Source: Clostridiales bacterium
GTDB taxonomy: Bacteria > Bacillota > Dehalobacteriia > UBA7702
DNA: 64,000 nucleotides
Assembly (NCBI GenBank): GCA_040766525.1
Contig: JAXGQI010000004.1
Span: forward strand, 9,869-73,868
Reading direction: 5' to 3'
The notes under the pieces were generated by a model. The model searched no databases, was not told where the DNA came from, and was given only the letters and a program-made list of their open reading frames with translations. A program made the translations under genes and the position numbers. Below, one piece after another: positions 18,471-27,434 of the stretch (position 1 is the stretch's first letter; every line of letters begins with the position of its first letter).

Positions 18471-19884
18471 ATGAGTTTCGATTATGTAAAAAAGGGATTT
18501 AGCCAAAATCCACGTAGCAACCTTGGATATCTTGGAAAGAATCGGCGTACGAAGCAAATCCCAAAGGTTTCTGGACAAGGCGGCGAGTTTGGGTCTACAG
18601 GTAAAAGACGGTACCATTTATTTTCCCAGGGAAACGGTGAATGAAGCAATCAAAAAAGCGCCTTCCCATTTTTCCACCTACGGACGGGACGACAAATACG
18701 AGATCAAATGGGGGGAAGGCCGCGCTTATAATCATACCTGCGTAGGGACCCCGTTTATCAAAGATTTAGCAACCAACGAAAAGAAAGCGGTTCACTACAG
18801 TGATTTGGAAAATTTCGTTCGTGTATCCGATGCGCTGCCCGCTACCGACATTATCTCCTGCATTTTCCCGCAGGATATCCCGGAACAGGCCGCGGTAACG
18901 GTACAAACGGCGGCAATGGTCAAAAATACGACCAAACCGTTGCGGATCTGCATTGAATCGGACCACGAAACCAAATATATCATTGAAGTCTTGGCGGCTG
19001 CCGTGGGCGGTTTGGAAGCATTGAAAGAAAAACCCATCGCTTATCTGGAAGTATCCCCCATCAGCCCCTTAGACTATGCCATCGGACCTTCCAACGGATT
19101 ACTGGATACGGTGGAAGCGGGACTGCCTTTAGGCATTATCCCCTGCCCGATGCTGGGAGCTACCGGGCCGATGACCTTGATCGGTACCGTAACGATGCAC
19201 AATGCGGAAATGCTGGCCGGCGTTGTTATCGCACAATTGATGCGTCCGGGCACTCCCGTCATCATGTCTCCCCGGGTTACTTTCATTGATATGCGTACTG
19301 CCATGGGGCTGTGGGCCGCACCGGAAATGGGCCTTGCCGCTACCGTTTCGATTCAAATGGCCAAATATTACGGGATTCCCAGCACGGCTACAGGCTTCTC
19401 CTGCGCTTCCAAAATTACCGACGAGCAAGCCGCTTTCGAATCCATGTACAATGCGCTCTTGCCGGCATTGGCAGGGGCGGATGTCATCGGGGCCTCCGGC
19501 TCTCTCGACAATGCCCTCGTTTCCTGCTACCGGAAATTGATTGTCGATAATGAGATCTCTTCTCTCATCCAGCGGGCCGTCAAAGGAGAAATCGTCGATG
19601 AAGACACCTTGGCCGTCGACGTCATTGACGAAGTGGTCCATGGCGAACGGAACTTCCTCGGCCATCCCCACACGCTGAAACATCTGCGTACAGAATTATG
19701 GCAACCGTTCCTCTCCGACCGGGCCACCTATGAAGGCTGGCAGGAAGGGGGCAGCACCACTTTTGAAGAACGGGCAAAGGTACTGGCAGAAAAATTACTC
19801 GCCAATCATACCGTCGAGCCTCTCCCGGCTCCCGCCATTAAAGCGATTGATGAAATCGTCGCCAGGGCAATAAAAGGAGAATAA
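18471..19884 (+). CDS. MttB-superfamily methyltransferase WITHOUT pyrrolysine (quaternary-amine:corrinoid methyltransferase type, MtgB-like); N-terminal homopolymer frameshift at about 18488-18496
   Basis: ATG 18471 behind AAAGGAG gives MSFDYVKK, then a frame change in the AAAAAAGGG run joins to LAKIHVATLDILERIGV (ORF 18523..19884). At the position equivalent to Pyl the sequence is TGFSCASKITD, with no stop codon. Confidence 0.8.
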
Positions 19885-19940
19885 AATTTACAACCGAATA
19901 TAGAACACAAATAAGGAAATTCGCATAAGGAGGTTGAAAG

Positions 19941-21326
19941 ATGAAGAAATACTTAACCCGTTACGGAGATAACTATGCCGGTTATATGAGTGAATCCGAC
20001 ATCAGGGCCGACATCGAAAATGGGGTACAAGACGCAGCGGACCGGGGAAAAATTCCGCCGTTAAGTGCGGAAGATATGGAACTCTTATTTGAGATCATCA
20101 CTTCCCCGCAAAAGCTCGTTTCCGTCGAACCGGGAAAAGAAGTCGTCGTCTCTTTTGATGCTGGAACCTTAAAACTACCTGTTAGAAACGGCATCCCCAT
20201 GGATCGTCTCCAAGCGATTTTGACCCAGGAGCGGGCTTTGGCTTCAGACAGTATTGAACTGTGCCATGTGGATTACAGTTATAAACCGGTGAAAGCCATC
20301 ATCAGCGAAGAACGGCAAGCGATGGAACAGGCTCAGCTGATGACAACATTGCCGCTCCTCTACGGCGCTATGCCCAACCTCGGGCTCTACACAAAACCCG
20401 ATGGCCCCGTAGGAAACTGGTCGGAATTATTACCGGCAGGGAAAATCGATGAAGCAAGAGAAGCCCAGGATGAAGCTATCCAACATGCGATCAAAGATAT
20501 CGTCTTTGTTGCCTCGAATATGATTGAGAGCGGTGCCGACGGCATCAACCTCGACACCGTAGGCGCTTCCGGCGATGCGGATGTCAAGGCCAGCTTGGAA
20601 GCGGTGCGGATCTTAAAAGGGAAATATCCCCATATCGGTTTTGAAACCGGAATGGCCGGGGAATTCAATATGGGCATGCACGGTCTTTTAGAGATCGATG
20701 GGCAGCGTATCGCCGGTTTATACCCGCATGAGCAGGTGAAAATGGCGGAAAAATGCGGCGTTTCCATCTTCGGCATGGCCGTCAATACCAATAGTTCGAT
20801 GTCCCTCGCTTGGAATCTCGCCCGGGTCTGCACTTTTGCCAAAGAAGCGGTACGGGTAGCAGAAATCCCCGTCCATGCCAATGTCGGCATGGGGGTCGGC
20901 GGGATCCCTCTATCCATCATTCCCGCAGCCGACGCCGTATCCAGAGTGGACAAAGCGCTGGTGGAAATTGCCCATGTCGACGGGTTGTAGGTAGGCGCCG
21001 GAGATACTTTCAGGATGGCGGTCACCCATGAAGCCACCGCCGGAATGGGCGGCATCCGGGCAGCGGGAGACCTCGTCTTCCGGATGGAACTGGCCAAAAT
21101 GAAAATCGATCAAGCCAAAGCTTTTGTTGCGGAAAAATTGCATGTTGGCGTGGAGGACCTCGCCGATTGCGCCGTAATGAAAGATTTGAGAGAAGAATTG
21201 AATATCGGCACCACACAAAACCGGCCCAATGCCGGCGTAGGCATCCAAACGAAATTCCGTATCGCTGAGATTATGGGAATCCCCATCAACAGCGTTGAGA
21301 AATTCAAAAAAGAAGCTGGAATATAA
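19941..21326 (+). CDS. mtbB: Dimethylamine:corrinoid methyltransferase with in-frame UAG (pyrrolysine) at 20988-20990
   Basis: ORFs 19941..20990 and 21015..21326 are in the same frame. Sequence reads ...[50 protein letters not shown].... As I recall it, Methanosarcina MtbB reads VDGI-Pyl-IGVGDP...[14 protein letters not shown], collinear on both sides of the UAG. Confidence 0.85.
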
Positions 21327-21343
21327 TATAAGGAGGGAAACAT

Positions 21344-22815
21344 ATGGGTCTCAGAAACGATAGAGCCGGATATCAGCAACTTAGCGGCTTTGGAATCAAT
21401 ATTTTTAGCGAAGATGAACTCTACGCCCTCCATCTATCCACCTTGGAGGTCTTACAGGATGTCGGTATCCGCATTAACGCAGCGGACGCCAGAGAAGCCT
21501 TAGCAGCGGCAGGCGCCGTGGTCGATGAAAAAAACCGCATCGTCCATTTCCCCGGCTGGCTCGTAGAAGACGCGATTCGCACAGCGCCGAAGGCGGTTCT
21601 CTTCGCCGGCAGAAATCCCAAAAATGATTATATATTGGAAACCAACCGCGTGGGCTTTACCAATTTCGGTGAAGGCATCATGGTCAATGACATCTATACC
21701 GGAGAATACCGGCGCAGCACCAAAAAGGATACGGGGGACGCCGCTCGCTTAGTGGACGCTTTGGACGCCATTGATATCCACGAAAGAGCCCTTTCCGCCC
21801 AAGACGTACCGGCTCCCATCGCCTCGCTTCACGAGGTTGAAATCAATATCACCAATACTTCCAAACACATCGCCCAAGGCTGTAGCGGCAAAAAGAACCT
21901 GCAACGCATCTACAAAATGATGTGCAAAATTGCAGGTTCCGAAGAAGCCTATCGGCAACGCCCCACCTACAGCACCATCACCTGCCCGATCAGCCCCCTG
22001 CAATTGGCGCCGGAAAGTACCGACGTCATCATGGAGTCGGCTCGCCTCGGCGTACCGATCACCATTATCTCCATGGCCTTATCCGGCGGCACCACGCCGG
22101 TAACGCTGGCAGGAACGCTGATTACCCATAATGCGGAGGTTTTGGCGGCAATTGTTCTTTCCCAAGTCACCAAAAAAGGCGCCCCCATCGTTTACGGCAG
22201 TTCCACCACAATCATGGATCTGAAGTATACGACCTCCCCTGTGGGCTGCCCGGAATTGGGAATGATCAATGCGGCTGTTGCGAAAATGGCGCAGTTCTAT
22301 AACCTCCCCAGCTGGGTCGCGGGCGGCTAGGCAGACAGCAAAATCGCGGACGGCCAAGCGGCGCACGAAAAAACCGTCACCGCTCTGCTCCCGGCATTGG
22401 CAGGCGCCAATGTCATCTATGGGCTGGGCATGTTGGAACTCGGTATCACTTTAGATTTCGCGCAGCTGGTTATCGACAATGAAATCGCCGCCATGATCAA
22501 ATGGGCAGTCAAAGGAATCGATGTTGATGATTATGAAATGGCTGTTCATGTGATCAAGGAAGTCGGCGTAGCCGGAGAATTTATCACCCATCAGCATACC
22601 TATGACAATTTCAAGGCTGTACAATCCAGTACCCGCCTCTTTGACCGGCAGATGCAGGAAGGCTGGGAGGCTATGGGAGGAAAAGATTTGCTGGAAAGAG
22701 CAACGGAACGAGCAAAATACATTCTGGAAAATCATAAACCGGACCCGCTCCGCATGGAGCCGCCGCTTATATGGCAGAGATCATCGCGGAAGCCAAAGAG
22801 GAAGAGAACCTCTAA
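21344..22815 (+). CDS. mttB: Trimethylamine:corrinoid methyltransferase with in-frame UAG (pyrrolysine) at 22328-22330; additional apparent frameshift near 22745-22755
   Basis: ORFs 21344..22330 and 22397..22915 share a frame. Sequence reads ...[47 protein letters not shown].... The likely true C-terminus (HGAAAYMAEIIAEAKEEENL, stop at 22813-22815) is in another frame. Confidence 0.8.
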
Positions 22816-22893
22816 ACCCATGCCCCACAAAAATAATATATACCTACATATATATTATAAGGAAGGTTTGGCTTCACCGAACCTTCCCGGAGT

Positions 22894-22996
22894 ATTGATC
22901 AAGTCGGTAAGATGAGAGCAACGGCCAACAAACCAAAGACCCTGGACGCATGGCGTATCGACATACGCTGGTGGTCAGGGGCTTTGGTTTAACAAC
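22894..22996 (+). repeat. Structured repeat / candidate ncRNA, copy 1
   Basis: ATTGATCAAGTCGGTAAGATGAGAGCAAC... then a long hairpin AAACCAAAGACCCTG-GACGC-A-[GCGTAT cgac ATACGC]-TGGTGGTC-AGGGGCTTTGGTTT. Homologous to 24641..24765 and, with compensatory stem changes, to 42892..43011. Preceded by a small hairpin at 22861-22887. Confidence 0.6.
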
Positions 22997-23162
22997 AGAA
23001 ATGTTTTTTGACTGCTGCTTCAGGAAGAATATTGGCAAAATCCGTACTTGACTTTGCCGCTAAAGAAAAAAGCGGCAAAACAGGGTTTTTCTCCTATAGC
23101 TGGAATATTACTATTGTAATATTTTTAGAAAACATCGAACAGAAAGGAAGGTCGCTATTGAG

Positions 23163-24566
23163 ATGTCCATTCAATTGATTATTATCATCATATATTTTGC
23201 CATCACGATCACCATCGGTCTGATCGCAAAGAAAAAATCCACCAGTTCCAACAGCTTCCATGGGGCAGGGCTCGGTTGCCTCATGTGTGTTGCGGCAGGG
23301 ACGGGAGAGTGGCTGGGAGGAACCGCCACTACAGGGGTTTCCGAATATGGTTTCCTCTATGGTATTTCCGGGGCCTGGTATACCATTGCCAATGGCCTTG
23401 GCGTCATCGTGCTGGCAATCTTTTTTGCGAAATTGTACCGCAGCCTGGATACGGTCACCGTTCCCGGCATCGTGGAAAAATATGTCGGCATTGATGCCCG
23501 CCTTGTTGCCAGCATTCTTTTGACCTTCGTTATGCTGGCAGTGGGCACTTCCCAATTATTGGCCGCCGGCGCATTGGGCGTCACGATCCTGGGTTTACCG
23601 TATGAAGCCTGCGTACTGATTTTGGGCATCGGCTTTATCGTCTATACCTTAGCCGGCGGTATGGTCGCCGTGGGCTATACCAATATTATGCACTTGATTA
23701 CGATGTACGGCGGCGTCTTGCTTGCGCTCTTCTTTGTAATCAAAGGCTTAGGCGGTCCGGAAGTTTTAAGCACGCAGCTGCCGGAAAGTTATTTCTCCAT
23801 GAGCAGCATCGGCATGACCAAGGTCTCCTCCTGGCTCATTGCCTCCGTTCTCGGGGCTTGTACGGCACAAGCGGGGATTCAACCCATCTTGGCGGCAAAA
23901 GATGTTCATGTAGCCAGAAAAGCCGCCTTCATCACCGCTTTTGTGGTGGCGCCTTTCGGCATTTTGACGGCATTTTTGGGCATGAGCGCAAAAATCGCCT
24001 TGCCGGGATTGGCCGACGCCAAGCAGGCTTTGCCCCAGTTGCTTCTGACTTTGGACCCCGTCATTGGCGGCCTCGTTTTGGCCGCGATCTTTGCGGCCAT
24101 CCTTTCGACGATCTCTCCGATCATCTTAGCCAGCGGCACGATGATCACGAAAGACATTTATCAACGCAGAATCAATCCGGAGGCCCCGGACACACAAGTT
24201 TTGAAGATTTCCAGGATCTTTACGGGACTCGCCGGCGTTGTCTGCATTATCTTAGCTCTGCTATTATATGGTTCTACAACCATTCTCGATATGGTCTACT
24301 TTGCTTACAGCCTCAGAGGCGCCATCTTCGTCGTTTTGATCTTTGCCATCTATTGGAAGAAGACGTCGCCGAAAGGCGCAACTTACGCCATGGTTTTCAC
24401 CGGGATCGTCGGCGCACTCTGGGTCATAGGGAAAAGTGTGGGCGGCAGTTATCCCATCCACCCCGCTTTCACGGAAACCTATGCTTCGGTATTAGCCGCC
24501 ACATTATCCACCATCGTATTCAGCTATCTGTTTAAGAAAGAGCCCGGCTCCATCACAAACAAATAA
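23163..24566 (+). CDS. Sodium:solute symporter (SSS) family transporter
   Basis: 467-aa polytopic membrane ORF; N-terminal region IIIYFAITITIGLIAKKK...GEWLGGTATTGVSEYGFLYGISGAWYTIANGLG is typical of SSS proteins. Confidence 0.8.
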   Translation: MSIQLIIIIIYFAITITIGLIAKKKSTSSNSFHGAGLGCLMCVAAGTGEWLGGTATTGVSEYGFLYGISGAWYTIANGLGVIVLAIFFAKLYRSLDTVTVPGIVEKYVGIDARLVASILLTFVMLAVGTSQLLAAGALGVTILGLPYEACVLILGIGFIVYTLAGGMVAVGYTNIMHLITMYGGVLLALFFVIKGLGGPEVLSTQLPESYFSMSSIGMTKVSSWLIASVLGACTAQAGIQPILAAKDVHVARKAAFITAFVVAPFGILTAFLGMSAKIALPGLADAKQALPQLLLTLDPVIGGLVLAAIFAAILSTISPIILASGTMITKDIYQRRINPEAPDTQVLKISRIFTGLAGVVCIILALLLYGSTTILDMVYFAYSLRGAIFVVLIFAIYWKKTSPKGATYAMVFTGIVGALWVIGKSVGGSYPIHPAFTETYASVLAATLSTIVFSYLFKKEPGSITNK

Positions 24567-24609
24567 CCCCTGGAATAACGCAAACAAATTTGGTAAGAAT
24601 AAGACAAAA

Positions 24610-24636
24610 AGAGGAATTGCTTATTGCAATTCCTCT
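24610..24636 (+). terminator. Stem-loop after the SSS gene (weak terminator; also the 5' hairpin of repeat copy 2)
   Basis: AGAGGAATTGC-ttatt-GCAATTCCTCT, but no adjacent T-run. Its left arm is repeated at 24792-24808. Confidence 0.3.
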
Positions 24637-24640
24637 TCAG

Positions 24641-24765
24641 ATTGTCGATAAAGTCGACAAGATGGGAGACACAAGATAAAGGCCTAGAGCTAGGAAAAAC
24701 AAAGGCCCTGGACGCGTGGCGTATCTAAATATACGGAAGCGGTCAGGGGCTTTGGTTTGACAACG
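24641..24765 (+). repeat. Structured repeat / candidate ncRNA, copy 2
   Basis: ATTGTCGATAAAGTCGACAAGATGGGAGACAC... then ACAAAGGCCCTG-GACGCG-[GCGTAT ctaaat ATACG]-GAAGCGGTC-AGGGGCTTTGGTTTGACAAC. Right arm identical to copy 1. Confidence 0.6.
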
Positions 24766-24790
24766 CTATCGGCTTTTGTCTGCAGTCTCA

Positions 24791-24831
24791 AAAGAGGAAT
24801 TGCTTATTGAATAAGCAATTCCTCTTTTTTC
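24791..24831 (+). terminator. Rho-independent terminator immediately 3' of repeat copy 2
   Basis: AAAGAGGAATTGCTTATT / AATAAGCAATTCCTCTTT long stem followed by TTTTTT. Confidence 0.7.
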
Positions 24832-24916
24832 TGGTTCTATATTACCACAAAATCGCCGAAATTTCAAGTCTTGTATTTCCCCGACCCCCTTATTATACTG
24901 GAACCGAGGTGATATT

Positions 24917-25387
24917 ATGGATCCGTTGGCCATCTTGAACAGCGCCGCCCTACAGAAAGCCCAAACCATACAGGAATTACAAGAATGCAATGAAATTACC
25001 CTGCGCTTCGGGCTCTATCTTTCCGATCGGCAGATCAACGACCTTGTGGAAAAACGCTTCCAGGCGTTACAGGCCACCGGGCGCATCGAATTCGGCAAAG
25101 GTATCCTGAAAAAACTGCTTTGCACATTTGCCGATTCCCCTTATATCATGCAAGATCACTATGAAGAGATCATTTGGGAACTTTTAGATATCTTCTATTA
25201 TTTCAAGAATGAATCCCTGGATTTGATCGGCGATGACGATTTGATCGCCATCATGAAAGATCACTTTGATACCATCTGCCAAGGTTCCTTGGAATATTTG
25301 GGCGGCACGACCTTGGATGATCTTTGCCGGGATACCCGTTTCGGCCGTCTGGTGCAAGAAAGGGATAAATATCGCCATGACTTCTGA
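24917..25387 (+). CDS. Hypothetical protein (acidic, helical; no function I can assign)
   Basis: 156-aa ORF. Its stop overlaps the next gene's start (ATGACTTCTGA), implying translational coupling. Confidence 0.65.
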   Translation: MDPLAILNSAALQKAQTIQELQECNEITLRFGLYLSDRQINDLVEKRFQALQATGRIEFGKGILKKLLCTFADSPYIMQDHYEEIIWELLDIFYYFKNESLDLIGDDDLIAIMKDHFDTICQGSLEYLGGTTLDDLCRDTRFGRLVQERDKYRHDF

Positions 25388-26711
25388 TTTGACCAAACAA
25401 GACCATGCCCTTGCCGCTCCCCCCACTATCACTTTGGGCAGCGGAGAATATTTGGCCCAAGTGATTCAATACGGCTTCGCCCAGGAGATCTTGACCATTG
25501 AAGATCAAAGGGCGCTGCAGCAGCAGCTTTGGCTTTTGATGGAACAGCAAACGAAGCGCTATACCTGGGAAGAGAGCAGTTCGATCCCGGTGGAAACAGC
25601 GGAAGAACTCCTCACTTCCGTCCAAACGACCTTGGGCCGGGCCTTACGGAAGGAAGACGATCTCAAGGCCGCAGCCTGGCGCCTCAAAACCACGCCCCTA
25701 GCAAAACTGCTCACCGAGGGACAGCAAGAGCTGGAACTGGCCATCGCAAAAGGCAAACGCCTCCTCAAACAAGTGCAGGATTCCGCCCTCCCGATCAAGA
25801 ATCTCTCTTATCACGATACATTGAAAGAGCTGGATTCCTTTTTCCTCCGCTACGATCATCGGCTTTTTGCCCATGACATCCCCTGCTCCCTCGATTATCA
25901 GCTTTGCCGTCATATCCCGGGATTGCAAGGGATCGAATATATCAACGCTTATCTCTACAATTTATTGATCGAGAATACCTTTTGCCGTCATTTTGACAAA
26001 GAACATATAGAAAAGCTCCTTACGGCTTACCATCCCAGTTATCCGGTATTGCTGCTCAATATTTTTGAGCCGGTCTTTACGAGTGCCCTGGGGTTGACCT
26101 TATTAGAAAAAGAGATTTCCCCTTTGGAAATCCGGGAGGAAGACCGGAAGAAGTTAGAAATCCACTTCCGCAAACTCCCTATGGCGGAAGCGGAAGAGCG
26201 CCTAGCGGCAGCTTGCCAAAAACTTTGCCGCCTCCTTGGTATCGAAGACCAAGCATATTTAGATTCCGCAGCCAAAGAACTCTATACCCGCATCAAATCC
26301 ATCCCCGTTACAGAGGGGCTGGAAGCGGTTTTCCTCGCTTTTCGCGAGGCCGATTTCCCCAGCGACCCGCCCCACTATATCGACAATGACCCCATGGAAG
26401 ATAAGGCATTGCGGCACTTGATCGAAAAAATCCGCCGCTGTGATGACGTTGAAGAAAAGATCTCCCTGGTAAAGGGGAAAATCCATAGCCTGCAGGATCT
26501 CGTCGAAGTACTCGGCGCTTGCTTTTGGGAAGAAGAAAGCCTCGCTTTGTTTCGAACATTGGCAGATACGGAAATCGCCTTGCTATGCGACCATATTCGG
26601 GACAAGCGGGCATTCCAGCCGAATTGGGCCTCCGACACCCGCTGGGAAGACCGGCTGCTCTCCTATAGTAAAGCATGCAGAACAACGGAAACCGAACAGG
26701 ATTCTTTTTGA
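25377..26711 (+). CDS. Hypothetical protein (about 444 aa, helical, acidic)
   Basis: ORF 25266..26711 trimmed to ATG 25377 (MTSDLTKQDHALAAPP...), overlapping the upstream stop by 11 nt. Confidence 0.65.
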   Translation: MTSDLTKQDHALAAPPTITLGSGEYLAQVIQYGFAQEILTIEDQRALQQQLWLLMEQQTKRYTWEESSSIPVETAEELLTSVQTTLGRALRKEDDLKAAAWRLKTTPLAKLLTEGQQELELAIAKGKRLLKQVQDSALPIKNLSYHDTLKELDSFFLRYDHRLFAHDIPCSLDYQLCRHIPGLQGIEYINAYLYNLLIENTFCRHFDKEHIEKLLTAYHPSYPVLLLNIFEPVFTSALGLTLLEKEISPLEIREEDRKKLEIHFRKLPMAEAEERLAAACQKLCRLLGIEDQAYLDSAAKELYTRIKSIPVTEGLEAVFLAFREADFPSDPPHYIDNDPMEDKALRHLIEKIRRCDDVEEKISLVKGKIHSLQDLVEVLGACFWEEESLALFRTLADTEIALLCDHIRDKRAFQPNWASDTRWEDRLLSYSKACRTTETEQDSF

Positions 26712-26725
26712 TTGGAGGGAAAATC

Positions 26726-27178
26726 ATGGTCCATCTCGTCTATTGCGACAATAAGGAAAAGGTGTTAGAAAAAATCTTGGCAGGGAGCAAAACCATGGTC
26801 GTACGGGGAGCCGCCGGGCGGAAGATCCCCCATAGTCGGGTTTTTGCCGGGGAAACCCTCTATTTTATGGCCAAGGGCAGCGGGGAAATCACCGCCAAAG
26901 CGACGGCGACCGCCGTAACCAACCATATCAAGCTGACCCCGGAGGAAAGCTCAAAAATCTTAGAAGATAATCAGGACAAGCTCAATCTCAACCCCAAACA
27001 AAAAGAGCGTTGGAACAAAAAATGCCTTTGTTTGGTGGAGTTTGAGGATATCCAAGAGATCGCACCCCTCACCTTTGCCCATCAAAGCAATATGGATGAC
27101 TGGCTCATCCTCGAAAAAATCGAAGATGTGGTCGAAGGGACAAGCATCCCCTACAACTACGAAAAATCAAAATTCTAA
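26726..27178 (+). CDS. ASCH-domain-like (PUA-fold) protein
   Basis: ORF 26675..27178 trimmed to ATG 26726 behind GGAGGG. N-terminus VHLVYCDNKEKVLEKILAGSKTMVVRGAAGRK resembles the ASCH beta-barrel N-terminal pattern. Assigned by motif resemblance only. Confidence 0.55.
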   Translation: MVHLVYCDNKEKVLEKILAGSKTMVVRGAAGRKIPHSRVFAGETLYFMAKGSGEITAKATATAVTNHIKLTPEESSKILEDNQDKLNLNPKQKERWNKKCLCLVEFEDIQEIAPLTFAHQSNMDDWLILEKIEDVVEGTSIPYNYEKSKF

Positions 27179-27186
27179 CCATATAC

Positions 27187-27219
27187 AAAAGCCTTGCACC
27201 TATGATGTGCAAGGCTTTT
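27187..27219. terminator. Bidirectional stem-loop terminator
   Basis: AAAAGCCTTGCAC-ctatgat-GTGCAAGGCTTTT, with T-runs in both orientations. Confidence 0.65.
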
Positions 27220-27434
27220 ATGTCCTGGAATCAATCGGTAACGTGGTAAAAATCTACAATCAGCTAATCTCCGCATCAAGCCAATTTAATCATATAACAG
27301 GCATAATAGTGAATTCGCACTCTTCCTTCATCACCGTTAATTACGGCTATTTCCACCCTTTCTATATCCATAGAGTCTAGAATATCAGCGACTGTTAGGC
27401 AACTAAAAGGTTGTAAGTAGTGGAATCCCAGGGC

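Noticed and set aside
21015-21326. ORF 21015..21326 (and likewise 22397..22915) as independent small genes
   Set aside because: They are in frame with, and homologous to, the C-terminal parts of MtbB and MttB. They have no RBS of their own and follow a UAG at the known Pyl position.
24696-24765. Repeat copy 2 as a candidate tRNA-Pyl (it contains ...TATCTAAATAT..., i.e. a CTA triplet in a loop)
   Set aside because: It has no cloverleaf. There is one long stem of about 14 bp, no D or T arms and a 6-nt loop, and the CTA is absent from copies 1 and 3.
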